A stretch of DNA of 63,775 nucleotides, filler included, from Dicyema japonicum (GCA_011109175.1; 10 parts of 10 records of this genome joined end to end with filler, not necessarily neighbours in it); one strand, 5' to 3'. Shown: positions 24,530 through 38,790, counted from the whole stretch's first letter. The notes: generated by a model from the sequence alone, not told the origin. Program-made: numbers and translations.

Positions 24530-26246
24530 AAATGTTAGTTGAGGAAGACGGCTGCGCACTCCTCTTCAACCTAATGAAAGATGATCGTCGTTTATTCAGG
24601 AAAGCCGTGATACTCTGGAGGAACACAGGAAAAACTCTCGTTCCTGTTGAGGGCGTACCGGGATAACTTAATTAGTTGATTACTCCTTCTTTCTTGGTGT
24701 TCCTTTTCGGGTTATTAAATAAATAATAAATAAAGACGGCTGCGTGAATCGGAACTAAGTTTCCTCAGAGTATGGCCATTCCAATCTTTTGTCTCAGCCA
24801 TAACCCTTCTCGTTGATACCATTTCTTTTCTGGCAGCATTCCTCTGAGTTCGCGCAAGAACTCAGACGTTATTGGACCAACGGCTCCTGATGACTCGGCC
24901 GCAAACAGGAGTAAATCGCTAGCGGTCGCACTAGCGGAAATATTTCTTGATTTTTAGGTTTTCCGCGGTCGAAGCAGAAGCTCCAGGTGTCTGAACTGAT
25001 TTGTAAAAATTTCGTGCCTGAGAATGTGTCAACACAAGTTGCGTCCCTGACCAAAGATCTTCCGATGTAAAGGGGAAAAGGGTCATCCCGTCTTGTCTTT
25101 TTCCATCTCTATCGATACCCACTGGTTTAAGCTGTGATGGGAATTCTGTAGCCTTCAGAGCTCTAACGATCACATCGTTCAGAGCAGCGTAACGTGGTCT
25201 TCTTCTGGCGCTTCTCTGCAGGACGAAGCGGTGCAATCCCTTCGCATCAACTGTTTTCCAAGCATCGGCATCAGTGCTCCTGGCAAACGTCTAGTCCTAG
25301 CCTTTGTCTGATTCCAAAATTTTGGAGCAGACAATGTTATCCCAATTACTTTGGTCAAATGGCTGCAGCTTGAGAGTGACGATAGATATGCCGGGTACGC
25401 GACCTCCAGCGCCGATCTTAAGACCGACACCCCAAAACCAGAGGGAAACTTACATTGCTTCCAACCTAGTTCGTCGAAGCGGACGTTAATTAGTGACTCA
25501 ACAGTTTGTTTGAGAGATTTGTTTATCGAAAGTAGACTGTCGTATTGTTCGTAGCAGGGTGAACATCGGAGTATGTATAAAGCATGAATAGTCGATGTGT
25601 TTCTCATCAGGAAGAGACATGACAATCTTTTCGCGAGGCGTGTAAATTCTTCATTTTTGGAAAGTAGATGGACTTTAGTTCTTCTCCGCTTAGTGGTCAT
25701 CCGAGGAAATATAATATATCAATTTGCAGTCGGGATCCAGGAAGCAGTTCGTTAAAAGACTCCTTGATACAGAGAAAGTCTGTGTTTGGATATGAGACAT
25801 TTATTAGCTCTGATTTGTTAACATTGATGTCCAAGCCCAAGCGTTTTTGAAGCGGGTAACGCTTTACGTAATGAATTGTACGCTTCCTTGAATGATCCTC
25901 CAATTGTGACATTGTCCAGATACCAGAGATTTAGCTGTGCATCAATTGATCTCACAACATCATCAATGGTCAGGGCAAATGAGAGAGGTTCGAGCGATCT
26001 CCTTGTTGGACACCCTTTTTTGATTTATAATTTCATTTTCAAAAACCAGAGACGTATCTTCCCCATAGGATAAATTGACAAGAGGGAAAACCTTTGGAGC
26101 CCTCTTTTCAACACGTTTCCATAATTTTATCTCTTCTGAGAGAATTGAATGCATTCGTTATGTCCAACCTGATTCCAGAGCATTTATTTGAAATATTTCT
26201 CTGTGTGTAGAAACACCTTGCTGCATGAACCGCAGCCTCACATCCG
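24530..26246 (-). mobile_element. CRE-clade retrotransposon (RT through RLE and 3' end), decayed
   Basis: GVQQGD, LWYLDNVTIGG (YLDD-type), GLDINVNKSELI, ALNDVIVRAL, DGKRQDGMT, DATCVDTF; (TTTA)n-like tail. Confidence 0.85.
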
Positions 26247-26346
26247 NNNNNNNNNNNNNNNNNNNNNNNNNNNNNNNNNNNNNNNNNNNNTTAATTAATT
26301 AANNNNNNNNNNNNNNNNNNNNNNNNNNNNNNNNNNNNNNNNNNNN

Positions 26347-26500
26347 GGAGTCTTTGGCCCCAAGACGGTCTCTTTCCTTAGAGCACTTGGGTGTCTATTG
26401 ACCAAAGCCTCGAGGGAGCGTGAGAAACCGAGTGGCTTTTCCAAAGGATATCCCTCGCAGTAGTCAGAGGTAACAGCCACTCGATCATATCTGCTGGCTC
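26347..26500 (+). mobile_element. CRE-like 3' fragment
   Basis: GVFGPKTVSFLRALG...SRERE. Confidence 0.6.
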
Positions 26501-27539
26501 AGTAATTAAATACTCATGTTTCCTAATAATAAATTTAATGGTATCAAAAAAAAAATACCCATCCCATTGCCCACCTCTTTATCTGGAAAAAATTCATGAT
26601 AAACGAATTAACATCTTCAATTTGCTTCAAAATATAGAGAAATCTAATTTTTATAAGAAAGCGGATTTTCCTGAATATAAGATACTGAAAAAAAGACACG
26701 TAGTTTATCAGACACGTCTGTACAAAAATAAATAGATTACCTTGTTAAAATCGAAAATCAGCATTGTTTAATTAACGTTATACCTTCTAAGATCAACTAA
26801 GGTACTGATGTTTTTCATCACAGTCAATCTTCATATATTACTGAATTTTCAAATAATCCAATGAGTGATCAAGCCCATCAAACTTTTGGATAAATTTGTT
26901 ATCAAACGATTAATACATATTTTTTATCCATTAACTTAGTAATACGTTTCTAACCAATTCTCCACGGGGGACAAAAGTCACCGATAATTAGAGACCTAGC
27001 GATCTTAATAAGTGCAGATCATATGCGGATTTCAGCTCCTTTTCACTTTTTGAATATATCACTCGTAGAAAGGCAGTAATAAATATTTTGGGATTTCTCT
27101 AATTTAATTATACACAACATCAATTGACGAAATTATTTTTAAATTTAAATATATATAAATTAAAATAAATTATTAATAATCATTAAAATTTTATTCGTAG
27201 GCTACTCTTCTGAAGGTCGTAGAAGGGTAGGGAATGTCGAATAGTTCTCTTCCATGCAGAACTTGCACTGAACATTATCAAGTAATAGTTTCGACAATTG
27301 AATATGCCTGCTCTGCTTGGAGATTTGCTATTCCCTCTTCCAGGGTCGAGTGCATGAACTAACTCAGGCGGAAGATCATGCGGCATATACGATCAGACAC
27401 CATATCATCCTCAGTGTTCTTTCAGAGGCGACGACTTGAGAAATTGTCATGCTTCTTACATATCTGCAAGGAACTATGAAACCCATTCATAGAAAGGGCG
27501 GCCCATGCGAACGAATTCAATTCGACAATAAAAAATGCA

Positions 27540-28050
27540 CTCCAATAGAATTCAAATATTAAGGGAGCTAATAACCTGAAGTATTACGCCTCTATAATTC
27601 ACAAGGACTTTTTGCAGACTCAGAACTATCTACGCATATCGAGGTTACACAGGCAGTTAGATCCATGAAAAAGTCATATACATGTGGTCCAGATGGTATT
27701 CCTGAAATTCTGCTAAAGTATCTTGAAGAGATTGCAATCAGATCGATTACTTTAATTTTTAATTTGTTCTCACTCAACATGAACGATACCTTAGTAAATG
27801 GAAGAACTCACATATCCGACAGTTTTAAACCCAGAAAAACCGAAAGCCTCAACTTCATTTTACCCCAGAAATCATGAAGTGTCCACTTTGCGCCTCATGA
27901 AAAAACGTGTTTTTGGAAATTATACCTCATTTGCCTTTTTATCTCTACTAACACGGATTCAGATGAGAACGTTCTACAGTCCAAAGCAAATGTTAAAAGC
28001 CACACAAAATTTTTTAATAAATTTACAAATAAAGGAATTGACTTTATTCC
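27540..28050 (+). mobile_element. jockey/CR1-type LINE RT fragment
   Basis: EVTQAVRSMKKSYTCGPDGIPEILLK. Confidence 0.6.
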
Positions 28051-28249
28051 ATTAACATTGTAGTTTTAAAAAACGAAAATAATATTAAAAAAAACATTTC
28101 AGTTTATATCGAAATTGCAATTGTCACCAAATTAAAAAAATCGAAAATTTAGATCGAGCATATGTTAAAGCCACCCCCTTTTATTTCCTATAAATATAAT
28201 TGTTTCAATTTTCTCTTTATTTTACTATCTCAGTGATTCAAATAACATA

Positions 28250-28630
28250 AATGCCACGTGTTTACTTTAGAAAAGAATCAAAATCATTGCGCTCTTAGGG
28301 AAGGATATTCACAACGGATGATTACAAAAATATTTGAAATTTCGAGATTTGGAATCCAAAGGATTATTAGGCGATATAAACATACGGAACTTATTGCGAA
28401 AGCCCAAGTCAGGACTTAAAAAAAACAATCGAAGAGAAAGAAAACGAAAAAACTTCCATGAAAAAACTGCAAATCAAATTCGTAGCGATCTAGATATTAG
28501 AAATATCGTTGGGGTCGATATAATTAAACGATTTTTACGCCGAGCAGGACTGTTGAAAGAATTGCAGCAAAAAAACCTAAGCTAACAGCTAAACAAATAC
28601 ATGATAGAAAAATCTGGTGTAAACACACAC
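28250..28630 (+). mobile_element. Tc1 transposase N-terminal (HTH) fragment
   Basis: KTANQIRSDL..VGVDIIKRFLRRAGL..RIAAKKPKLTAKQIHDRKIWC. Confidence 0.75.
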
Positions 28631-28679
28631 TTAACTTTTTGACACAGTTTATATCCGAAGGCTTTAACGAACCCAAGTG

Positions 28680-29000
28680 GCATCTACGGACAGTATTAGT
28701 CTTGTTTGCCGTACAAAAGGCGTTTGATTCAGTCCTGAGAATCCTAGTAGCGAAAGAGGTTTTAAACACCTCTATTCATCTGACTTTAAAACGTGGATAG
28801 CCAATTTTCTACAGGACGAAAGGGACTTGTGTGTATATGCCACTCAAGATCGAGATCCCGTCTCCTTCCCTAATGGTGTCTCTCGGGGATCCTCTCTTTT
28901 TTTCTGGCGCTTTTTATCTTATTCTTAAACGACTTACCCTGCACATATGTTGATGATTTATTTATTGCGAGCAGAAACAAATTCGTGGATATGCAAAATT
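28680..29000 (+). mobile_element. jockey/CR1-type RT fragment
   Basis: KAFDSV, GVSRGS, LFILFLNDLP. Confidence 0.6.
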
Positions 29001-32000
29001 ATTCTCTGCCGTCTTATACTACCATCTCTTAAAGCCGAAGGTGGAGTATGCCTATGTCTCTTGGGCTTACTGAATTCTAATTTCAAACTACAAGATAAAT
29101 TCCCTTGGAGAAAAATGGTCCACAACCAATTTCTCTGCTAGGCTATTTCCTTCATTACTCGACAACGCGGAAACCCGGAATAATGGTTCCGGCTTCATCA
29201 CTCTATGTTGCTCGGAATCCGATCGCTTCTATCAATCAGTAATAGAAGCGCCGATACACGTAAATTTGGAAAAAAACGACTCCTTTCCAAAGAGGAAGTC
29301 GTGGATTCAGAAAAGCTGTAGGTACTATGGAGGTGCACAAAAAAGCTTCCGATTTTGTTGAGGTCTACCGGAATCACTTAATTATATGGTCTTCTTTCTT
29401 GGTGTACCATTTTTGTGGTTAGAGAATAGTAATAATGTTAATAGTCCATACATTAGACGGTTACTCACTTTCTATTGGTCGAGGAGTCCTCGAATTCGAA
29501 GAGGAAGTCGAATGATACTAGAAGTTCCCAATGTGGTCGGTCTATTGAAGACATTATGAATTATTTCCGTAGGTTGGTCATCCTGGTGATTTTACTAAGT
29601 GTATTCCGCATTATACTGTGACTGTTATTGTCAGAATGGAACTGAAGAAGTCAAAGGAAGCTATTTGTCCTGTATATTGAGCTTAAAAACGGTCTCTGGG
29701 ATCATCCAGTATGGCTTAGTCAGAATTCAGATTTTAATCCGAATTAAAAAAAAATGAGACAAAAATACTTATACCTCACATTTTCTAGCTGGAAGCTCTT
29801 GTGGATCTTCTCAGTTCCGAACAACAGTGCGTTCTGTGTCACCACCAAAAGTAAAATATTACAAGAAAGTAGAGAAATGTCTATTTTAAGTAATATTTGA
29901 AAGTCCAAATGGGGATCATCTATTAGGTTTATGTTAGAATGAGATCTTTCCTCGGGTATTGCCTGCACAACTGACGGTGAAGTTAATGATATTTGTACGA
30001 CCGGCATATTTAACTCAGATCCCCAATTAACATCGATGTTGTGTCTTTCCATCCATCATGAAGTAAAGCCGGCATTTAGTGATCAGAGTCACTCACATTA
30101 GGCCAGTGGCTATAAATTATTATCAAAAGCTCTGTTCGAGAAATAATAACTAAATTAAGATTCCTCTTGTGCCACCTGACAAATCCAGTCAAATAACTAG
30201 TTTAGTCAAATCCGATATTTCTTATATTTTCACTTTATTTCACTCACTTCTTAAATAATTAAGTGAGCTGTATCCTGTTTCAACAACATATGAAGTTAGA
30301 AAGTGAAGATTATCTGAGAGATCGAGTTCCACAATTTTGGAAACTGTTCTTTAATCGCATTCAATATTTATTCTCATTTCATCGATTCTTCGAAGATGTT
30401 TTCATTGCTGAGTGGGATTTTTTCACAATTTCCGATGAGACCCACAACATCTGATAATATCAAATTTAGTGATGGAGCAATCACTGACTATACAATCGTA
30501 TGGAACAGTCTGTTTTCGCGACCAATTCCGATATTTTATAGGAGGTTTCCAGCTCTTGTAAAAAATTAATGCTTACTATAGTTTTTATGTATGTTTTTTG
30601 TATTTTTATTTAGTATTTGAAGTTTTTCAAGTTTACACAAATTATAACTTCGCAATGTTGCAATAGTCTTGATGCCTTCATTGCTTCATTTGACAGAGTA
30701 ATATTGCATATTAGGAAATATGATTTTTTTCATCAATGGACTTGGAAGAATCTACTTTGGTTAAGACTGAACTCATCACTTAAAAATTTATTTCACGCTT
30801 ATTTTTTAGAACCCCGGGGTCTCCGAAAAAAGATAGAAAGACAGAAAAACGTCAGACAGCTAGGTAATCCCAGTTCCCGCAATCAAACAAGCCATCCAAC
30901 GTCTGTCGTCTCCCAATGTTCCGACTACTGTGCAAAAAAGCCTTCTCTCATCCTGCAGAGGAATCCGAATGCGGATGGGTACTTTACAAGTTTTTTCTTC
31001 TTATAATGTCTTCTCTGTCTCTCAGAAGAATCCAAGTTTATTAATATTTTGCAAACGTTCATCAAGGATGTTGTCATTCTTTTGATTTGGGTTATTTCGA
31101 TTTTTCCGGTTTACAATCAGGAACCATTCACCAAATTTGTCGGAGCAATTTTCAGTCGATGTGAGAGCTTCTGTATCCCCGGATATGAAATCAAACGGGC
31201 ACATTAAAATGTCAAAAAGTGAGTAAGTAATAACCCCAAAGTATCAAAATAGGATAAAATTCCTTCAATGTTGTATTCCTCCTCAATACAGCAATAAAAT
31301 GGCACTAAATATAACCAAGCGGCATACAAGTGATAAAATGTATTTTTTCAGTAATTTTCTGACTAACGTGTAAGTTTATTTTTCAATTCTAGTGGACAAA
31401 TTCTGGGACTGTAAGTCCCTAAAATGGTTCAATTTCTGAGTATATATAACTTTTGAATTTCGAAGATCTTCCATCTGCCTGAAATTCAGTTACACGACTT
31501 ACATGAGGTATTCTTTTTTGTAATCTTCGATATTTTTCTTTATTGCCTTGTTCTCCGCGTCAGAATTTTCATTATTATTATCTTCCATTAAATTAAAATA
31601 ATTCCAAAGACCAAGGGTAACCAAACTAACTAACTTCATGATCCTGACTCGTTCCACGTTCCAGAACATGTCTCCAGGTAACGATATTGTTCCCGGGAAA
31701 GAATAGTGGATCCTCGGCCGGGCATTGGGCGTCTCCTCACTCAGGTGGATCCAATGACGCCATCAAAGGGAGGGAAAATAATTTTTAGCATACTAGCCAC
31801 ATAGCACCGCATGGTGCCACGCTGCCAATAATTATATTTCCATGGAAAATTCAAGTTACACCAACTATGATTATAAATTTTTTAAAAATTAATAAAAACA
31901 ATTAATCTTTAAATTAAATTTTTATTTTAAAAAATGAGGGATTAGGCCGAAAGGGAAAATCTTATTGGATGTTTTATGAGTCACAAATAAAGATGTTAAA

Positions 32001-32211
32001 CTGTACAAACGGCGACAACAACGTAGGAATTGATATGAGCCCTCGATTTTTTTAGTGGACAAAACTCAATGAAGTGATTAAAAGATTTCTAGACACATGC
32101 ACTACACAACTNNNNNNNNNNNNNNNNNNNNNNNNNNNNNNNNNNNNNNNNNNNNTTAATTAATTAANNNNNNNNNNNNNNNNNNNNNNNNNNNNNNNNN
32201 NNNNNNNNNNN

Positions 32212-33260
32212 TCTGCTAAAAACTCTGTTCGAAATGTACTCGAGAATTTCATAGTACTAGATTCTGCTGATGACAAAAAATGAGCAATTTAAGAATACTT
32301 TGACTGGTTTGTTGGGGAAAATAAAGATATGCAGAATATATGTGAAGTTTTCAATTATATAACTAAGATACAAGCCAACATTAATCATAAAATTGACGAA
32401 TTCCAAAAAATACATAATTGACGTGAAGCTGAAATATTATGCCATAGATTAACAAAAAGATTGTTCCAATCGTTTTGACATGGAGTGGAGTAGTCACAAC
32501 GTGCTATAAAGCTATATAAATAGATGCTCCTATGGTTGACATAACAAAATCGATAGGGAAAATCAGGTGAAATAGGTCGAAAAAAAGATCCTGTGAGGCC
32601 AAGGTGGTTTAGGACGAAGTGGAAAGCTCAAAATAGGTAAAATTTCAGAACAGGATGTTAATGGAAATTAGCTAAAATTAATATTTTAATGAATTACTGT
32701 TTCAGGATTCAACATTCAATCGGCATTTCCATTTAATTTGTGAACACATACATGGCTTTATCTTCAATCTTGACACTTTTGAACTATTAGTAGATAAAAA
32801 CTAATTTAAGTCAAATTTATTTTCACTATTATTTAAACTCACGTACTTTCAAAAACCGGAGATGCTGAAAATCATTCTTGGCGAAGTAATCACGCGAATT
32901 GAAAGGTTAGCAAATACAAAACTGAATGGAGTGAACCTGTTCAAAGCAATTAACGAACACGCTCCACTACTGCAGGTGAAACAGAAAGAAATTCCTGAGA
33001 GTACATCCGCCGAGTTAATAACTAAGTGTGCACCCGGCTTTAACTGGGTCGAGACTGGATTCAGATAACTGAATTACAGAATCGGTCGAACAGATAGTTT
33101 TGATAGCGCCAGAGACATCCCGGCCAAAAAAAATTGTTGACCTGATAAGCAATTTGAGAGCTCTTATTCTGTGATTTATATCAAACAAAGAAGTACTATC
33201 CTCAAGACAAGTGATTTTGTCATAAGTGAAGAAGTTTGAGATAATAAGAGAGTTTAAATG
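32212..33260 (+). mobile_element. R4/Dong-like fragments (RLE end and RT-thumb region)
   Basis: KIVPIVLTWSGVVT and LANTKLNGVNLFKAINEHA. Confidence 0.6.
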
Positions 33261-33345
33261 AGCTGCGGATTGGGATTCCAAGAACTGTTTTTCTATTTAT
33301 ATAATATCTGTTGGATTGTAAAAAAAGTTTGTTATGAACACTTTA

Positions 33346-34464
33346 TTATATTAGATCCAGCTCGTCAAAATCCCAGAGTCGAATTACTCCGTCATCGGAC
33401 ACTGTCACCATCAACGATTCGTGAGTTAACTACAATAAAACACAATGACCACGTAGATATCCACCACTGGTCTGCTGTGTCTTAGTGTACGACGGGGGAC
33501 CTCGTCGTTGGGATCAAAGATGCCGACACCCCTCCCTCCACACGTGAGGACTGAAGTGAGAAAAGAGAAATACGGTAATTGTTGAACATTCGAATGGCCC
33601 GCACTGAGTGTGTGTGTCCGCTCAGAGTCCGGATTTCCTCATGGTCGTCCAACGTCCATGTTTTGACGGTCCCCTCCATACTCCCGCTGAACAACACCAT
33701 GTCCTTCATCTGCAACATCCTACCCACTCACAACCATTAGACAAATGACTGGGGATTTGTGACCGGTTAAGGTCATCAGATGTTCTCCACTCACAAGTCC
33801 CCAACACATGACAGTCGAGTCAGTCGACCCTGTCAAAATGTGTTCATGGAACGAGTCCACTGCCAGGCATGTGACCGCTCCGCAATGCTTCTCCAACGAC
33901 GAGAGACATTGTCCGCTCACAATTGAGTATATTTTAGCAGTCGAGTCACACGAGGCAGTCACCAACAATTGTCGAGAATGTGCAACATGTCGAGAATGCT
34001 GCCACGGTGGTCATTGTACGTCCTCTGCCATGTCGCCTCCCCATTCTCCAAGCTCCAGCATTTGACGGTGCTGTCATAAGAGCAAGTCAAGATGAGCGGC
34101 CCACAGATGAGTATTCCACTCACTTGCCCATTGTGGGCTGCCAGTCGTCCCAGGAGTGAGTAGTCCTGTCCGTCAAATGACACAAATGCGACAAATCCGT
34201 CCAGTGACCCGAAACTATTAAACCTTCAGAGCAGTGAATGCACGTGACCCTCGAATGGTGGACATTCGTCATATTATGCAGATACACCAAGTGAGCACTC
34301 GAGGCATGTGATGTGTGGATTCCCCAAATCAGCAGTTCTCCCTTCTCTGTCCCCAGAACAACAATGTCACCGAAACCGACAGAACATATCTCTAATTTTG
34401 TTTCACACGTGTGCAGTAGCCCGCGCTCCTCAGACTTATTCCTTTTGGAGCAACCGTGTCCCAT
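33346..34464 (-). CDS. WDR86: WD40-repeat protein, WDR86-like; 3 introns of 22-23 nt, 2 single-base frameshifts in homopolymers
   Basis: MGHGCSK start; LLVTASCDSTAKIY..GQC...HCGAVTCL..TGSTDSTV..W.L.SGE.L..LTGH..PVICL...LFSGS..TVKTW..DDGVIRLWD aligns colinearly with recalled human WDR86. Confidence 0.75.
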
Positions 34465-35912
34465 TTACTAATGAACGCAACTGGGGTGTTTATATTGACT
34501 GGTCTGCCTGAGGGTGTCGTCTGAGGATAGTCGCATTTTCAGCATTACTGGAGGCAGCGTGGGAATATTATTAATCTCGCAACCACAGTACTCTGAGGGA
34601 AACACATTTTCTAGTTGTTGACAGACTTGTATAAAAAGGAGATGAGAGAGTAATGTCTATCTTTACTCCTTTAGTTTTTGGCTCCCAGATTCTGATTAAT
34701 GAAATTTCTACAACTCCCAAGACAGTTTGCGGGAACGGGCTGATTTATTCTTTGACGACAAATTAGCCTCTGTGTCCCTAAAAACCGACTCTAATCCTAA
34801 AATAAAGTTGCTGTGGATTCTCGAAGATAGAATGTGGCTGGGATAAATTTTCAGATGCCAACAATTTTGTTGCACTGCACAGAAGTGTTCCCAAAAGGAA
34901 CGATGGTTATTTTGGGGCAATGCCCCTGCCCTCTAAAATAGGATCAGTTTGGAAAGACATCTATTAACTGTGAGGGCTCAGGCCACCTCGCATGTTATTG
35001 AGGCTGTCCTTCGGCTATGGATGCGACGGCCTATAAATGTCAAACTGCGAAACCTGGGTAAAACCAAATCCGACCACTTTGGTTTGGACAAAGTACTCTA
35101 AAATGGTGCCATCAAAAATCGAATGTGGCCCCTCAGCTAAACCATTACCTGTTGATACCCTGTCTAGTCAATTCTCTGACTCAAAATACGGAAACAAAAT
35201 TTGCTAACAACCCCGATATTAAAAATTCCAATTCTTGTTTCTTACCAATATCAATTCTTTCGTCACTGCACCGCAGCTTTCAGAAAGCTAGATGTGAGTC
35301 CAGCAAGTTGCAGCATTTTCTTTCTGAATGAGACGGGCCAGAAACATAACCCAAACCCTAAACATCATCGCTATGGACGCCCTATCTTTAAGCAACGCAC
35401 CACTACTTAAGCTAGTCGAGTGATCATATTCTTTTTAAAAATAGTCTGAGTGATCATGACTAAATTGTTAGTGAGATTCCTACAGTTTAGATGTATACAT
35501 TTCCTTTATTATCAATAGAGCCGCTTTACCAAACTTTTATCTAAAAAAGTGTGCCTGGAGTCGCAAAAAATTAGTTTATAAACCTCTCAGTTTTAAACTT
35601 TATTTAAATTTATCAGTTGAAACCGGTGAATGCAACATACAAAACCACTTTAATTTTGTTTAATAGTAGTAAAACTCTGTTTTTGTAACACCTCGGCATT
35701 TCGGGACACATTCAAATATAAACGTCCAAATCTGGACAGAACTGTAATAATATTTTTCATTAACTAAATTGAGATTCTGTCAGTTTTCTGTCTGTCAGAT
35801 TATGAAAAGTCGAGAAGTAGAAGTGTCCATTATTGTAATTTTAAATGTTTAAATTAAGATATACTGAACGTGGAAGTAAGTTATATTTAGTTATAAAAAA
35901 ACGTATCAATTA

Positions 35913-38420
35913 ATGCTCTCATTAAGAAAATACAAGGTGCATTTAAAAGTTAAATATTTTCAGTTTGAAAAAGACGAATACCTAAAGAAACCGTCTTTGC
36001 CATTTATAGACTCGGAATTCAGAAAAGCACAGAATTTTTTCAAAATATGTCTGCATTATTATTCTGAAAATATGAAAACGCTAAAAACCTCACATTATGG
36101 TGATAAAATTGACAAGTATCTTAATTTCTCGTTAAAATTAGTCGTTACCAATTGGGAAGGATTTCGAATCCTGATTTTTTTACACCAATCCATTAAAAGT
36201 AATTAAATTAATTATTTACAGAATAATATTGAGTTAAAGAACATAGAAGTGGGTTCTATCTCATCCTTAATAATCAAACTAATAAAACAAAATTGACTTG
36301 TTTATTAAACAGTATTTATAAGCCTGGTTTAAATTTTCTAGACAAATTTCAAGACATTGATAAAGATCAAATGAACATGAGTGTAATCAAGGTACAAATG
36401 GTTAAATTAAAATTAAGTACTTAAAAACTGTATCCGACGACGTGATTTGTTCACGCGAGTCACGCTTCACTCTTCTTTTCCCAGAGGATGTCAAAAATAA
36501 TTTTGTAAATAAAAATTAATTTTTAAGAATTAGCCTAACGTCGAACAACCGGAAATTTTAGTCAGTCTCAGATAGATGACCTCTCAATTGTTCATCGAAG
36601 TTTTACTGTAAAGAATGTATTATTGAATTGTTTTAATTATTTAGGTCGAACCATATTTTATAACAACTTTTATTTTGGATATTTCTTGTGCAGAAAAAAT
36701 CACAGAAAATCACTATCAAAGTTGGATTCCTGAACCAATAAATAAAATTGTGTCACCTTTGAAACGCGATAGTGCTAGCATTTCATTCAGTTTCCCTAGA
36801 ACTGACGATTCGATGAAAAGTAATAATTGCGGTTCTTACTAAAGATTTTTAACGGATTATTTCGCTTACATTCTGTCTCGGCCAATTTATTCTTTGTATT
36901 TATTGTTGAAAGAATGTGGGGAATCCAATCATCCAACTTCAAAAACCCAATTACCTTGAGAAAAATTTTCTAAATTCAAATTTCGACTATAGTTTCCGAA
37001 GCCCGTTTGCCTTTGGATTCAGGTTCCGTTGATGTTTGATTATTCTCAATTTTAGATCATTATTTAAAACCAGAAATACGCAGATTGTACCTATGTATCA
37101 GCTAGAAGCAAACGGATATTCTCTGGAAATGATCAGCAACGCAATCTCTACAAATTCAAAGTAATATATTATTTTAAATTATTCAGAATTGAACATCATC
37201 GTTTGGCTGGTTCTTTTATGTCCGTTTCAATAATGATTTCCTCTCCTGCTCAATTTCAGAAAACGCCCAGTATATGCATAATCAAATATATTTTAGTATT
37301 ATCTTCCTCTTTAACAAGCGTCAATGGTAGTGATGAAAACTGTCGATATGAATATATAAAAGTTGAGGATGTCAAATACAGTGAAAATGATACGACGTTT
37401 AGCAATGCGAGAATATTCACGGATTATGTGAATAATTTATATATTTATCCTCAAAGCATAAAATTGATAGCAACAAAGTAGTTTTGACACTCAGTGTAAT
37501 TTTAGTTTCAAAATATTCAATGCGCAGTATCTTTTAGAGAATTAGACAGCCCCGATGCTCCTGATATTCCAGTTATTGTCTATCTGATTTTTGTAGTTAA
37601 TTTATGGACAGCCATGGAATAATACATTTATTTCTAATCAAAAATCAACAGTTCTTAGAATGATCGAGCAAGTGAAATTGTGGAATTCTACGACGAAGTA
37701 AATAATTTAATCTTTGCTATATGCCTAAATTAATACAGCTGTCATTGCTGCTTGTCATTTATTTATTGCAATATTGTTTTTATTGCTATAACAATTTTTA
37801 TAAAATGTATTTTTAGATTAAATTCAGCTTGCCTCTTCGACTTCACGAAAAATCCCATCTACTTTTCACATTTTATAACGTCTCTACGTTTAAGGACAGA
37901 CAAATGAGAAAAATAAAAAAATCTTTCAACAAAATAGAAAGGGAAATCATTGACTACTCATTAATAAAAAATACTAACAGAGGGATTCACTTCTCTCAAA
38001 GTGGGAAATTTTCAATTCCTTTTGTCACCGATCTAGTCGAAGGCTACCTTTTATACGAATTTGAAACATATGACTGGAGGTTAGGAAGCGATCGAGAACT
38101 ATTTACTCTCAGTCTTAAACTGTTTTCCAGCGTGAATACGCATGTGATTTTAATATTGATAACAATTTAGTGCAAAAGAATTTCCAAATTCTTCTCAGCC
38201 ATCGAGAGGGTAACTTATGAAGATTTTACATCTTTATCTACAAAGCCAAACTTTTTTGAAATTTTGAAAGTATGGATGTACGATTAAATGTTTAGAATCT
38301 TCAATTTGTTGATTTGAAAGTCTTTATAAATTTTATGCCAATATTAATCGACCGAATGTGCACATTAATTATATTAACTTCTAACGTCAAGATCCAGCTG
38401 ATAGTCTTTAGGATCCTTGT
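35913..38420 (+). CDS. DOCK-C/D (zizimin-like) guanine nucleotide exchange factor, 5' part through the DHR-1/C2 domain; many micro-introns, truncated at the linker
   Basis: AQNFFKICLHYY (DOCK N-terminal), YVNNLYIYPQSIK, NIQCAVSFRE, LIYGQP, VEFYDE|IKFSLPLRLHEKSHLLFTFYNVS, LFSSVNT, FMPILIDR. Confidence 0.8.
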
Positions 38421-38520
38421 NNNNNNNNNNNNNNNNNNNNNNNNNNNNNNNNNNNNNNNNNNNNTTAATTAATTAANNNNNNNNNNNNNNNNNNNNNNNN
38501 NNNNNNNNNNNNNNNNNNNN

Positions 38521-38790
38521 CAATTTCGAGTTCTCACACAAAGATTGAACTCGATGGGTTTGTAACTTTCTGGACTACTTCAAGCAATATTTAAGGCAGA
38601 GCAAAATATGGAGGCACCTTAATACCTCGTAATGCCTTCTTGTGTGATCATGATAAAGCATACTCCCGCACTCCGTAGCTAAATGGTCAAGGGTGGTCGC
38701 CTTACTTTTACAGTGTTTACACTTATTATTATATCCTTTCCCGCAGAGCCATAGTATTCTATAACTCCGCACAGGCAGGACACACACTTT
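38521..38790 (-). mobile_element. R4/Dong-like CCHC zinc-knuckle fragment
   Basis: CKHCKSKATTLDHLATECGSMLYHDHTRRHYEVLRCLH. Confidence 0.75.

Noticed and set aside
29450-30500. Possible minus-strand beta-propeller gene
   Set aside because: Only vague WD-like snippets; no consistent exon model could be built
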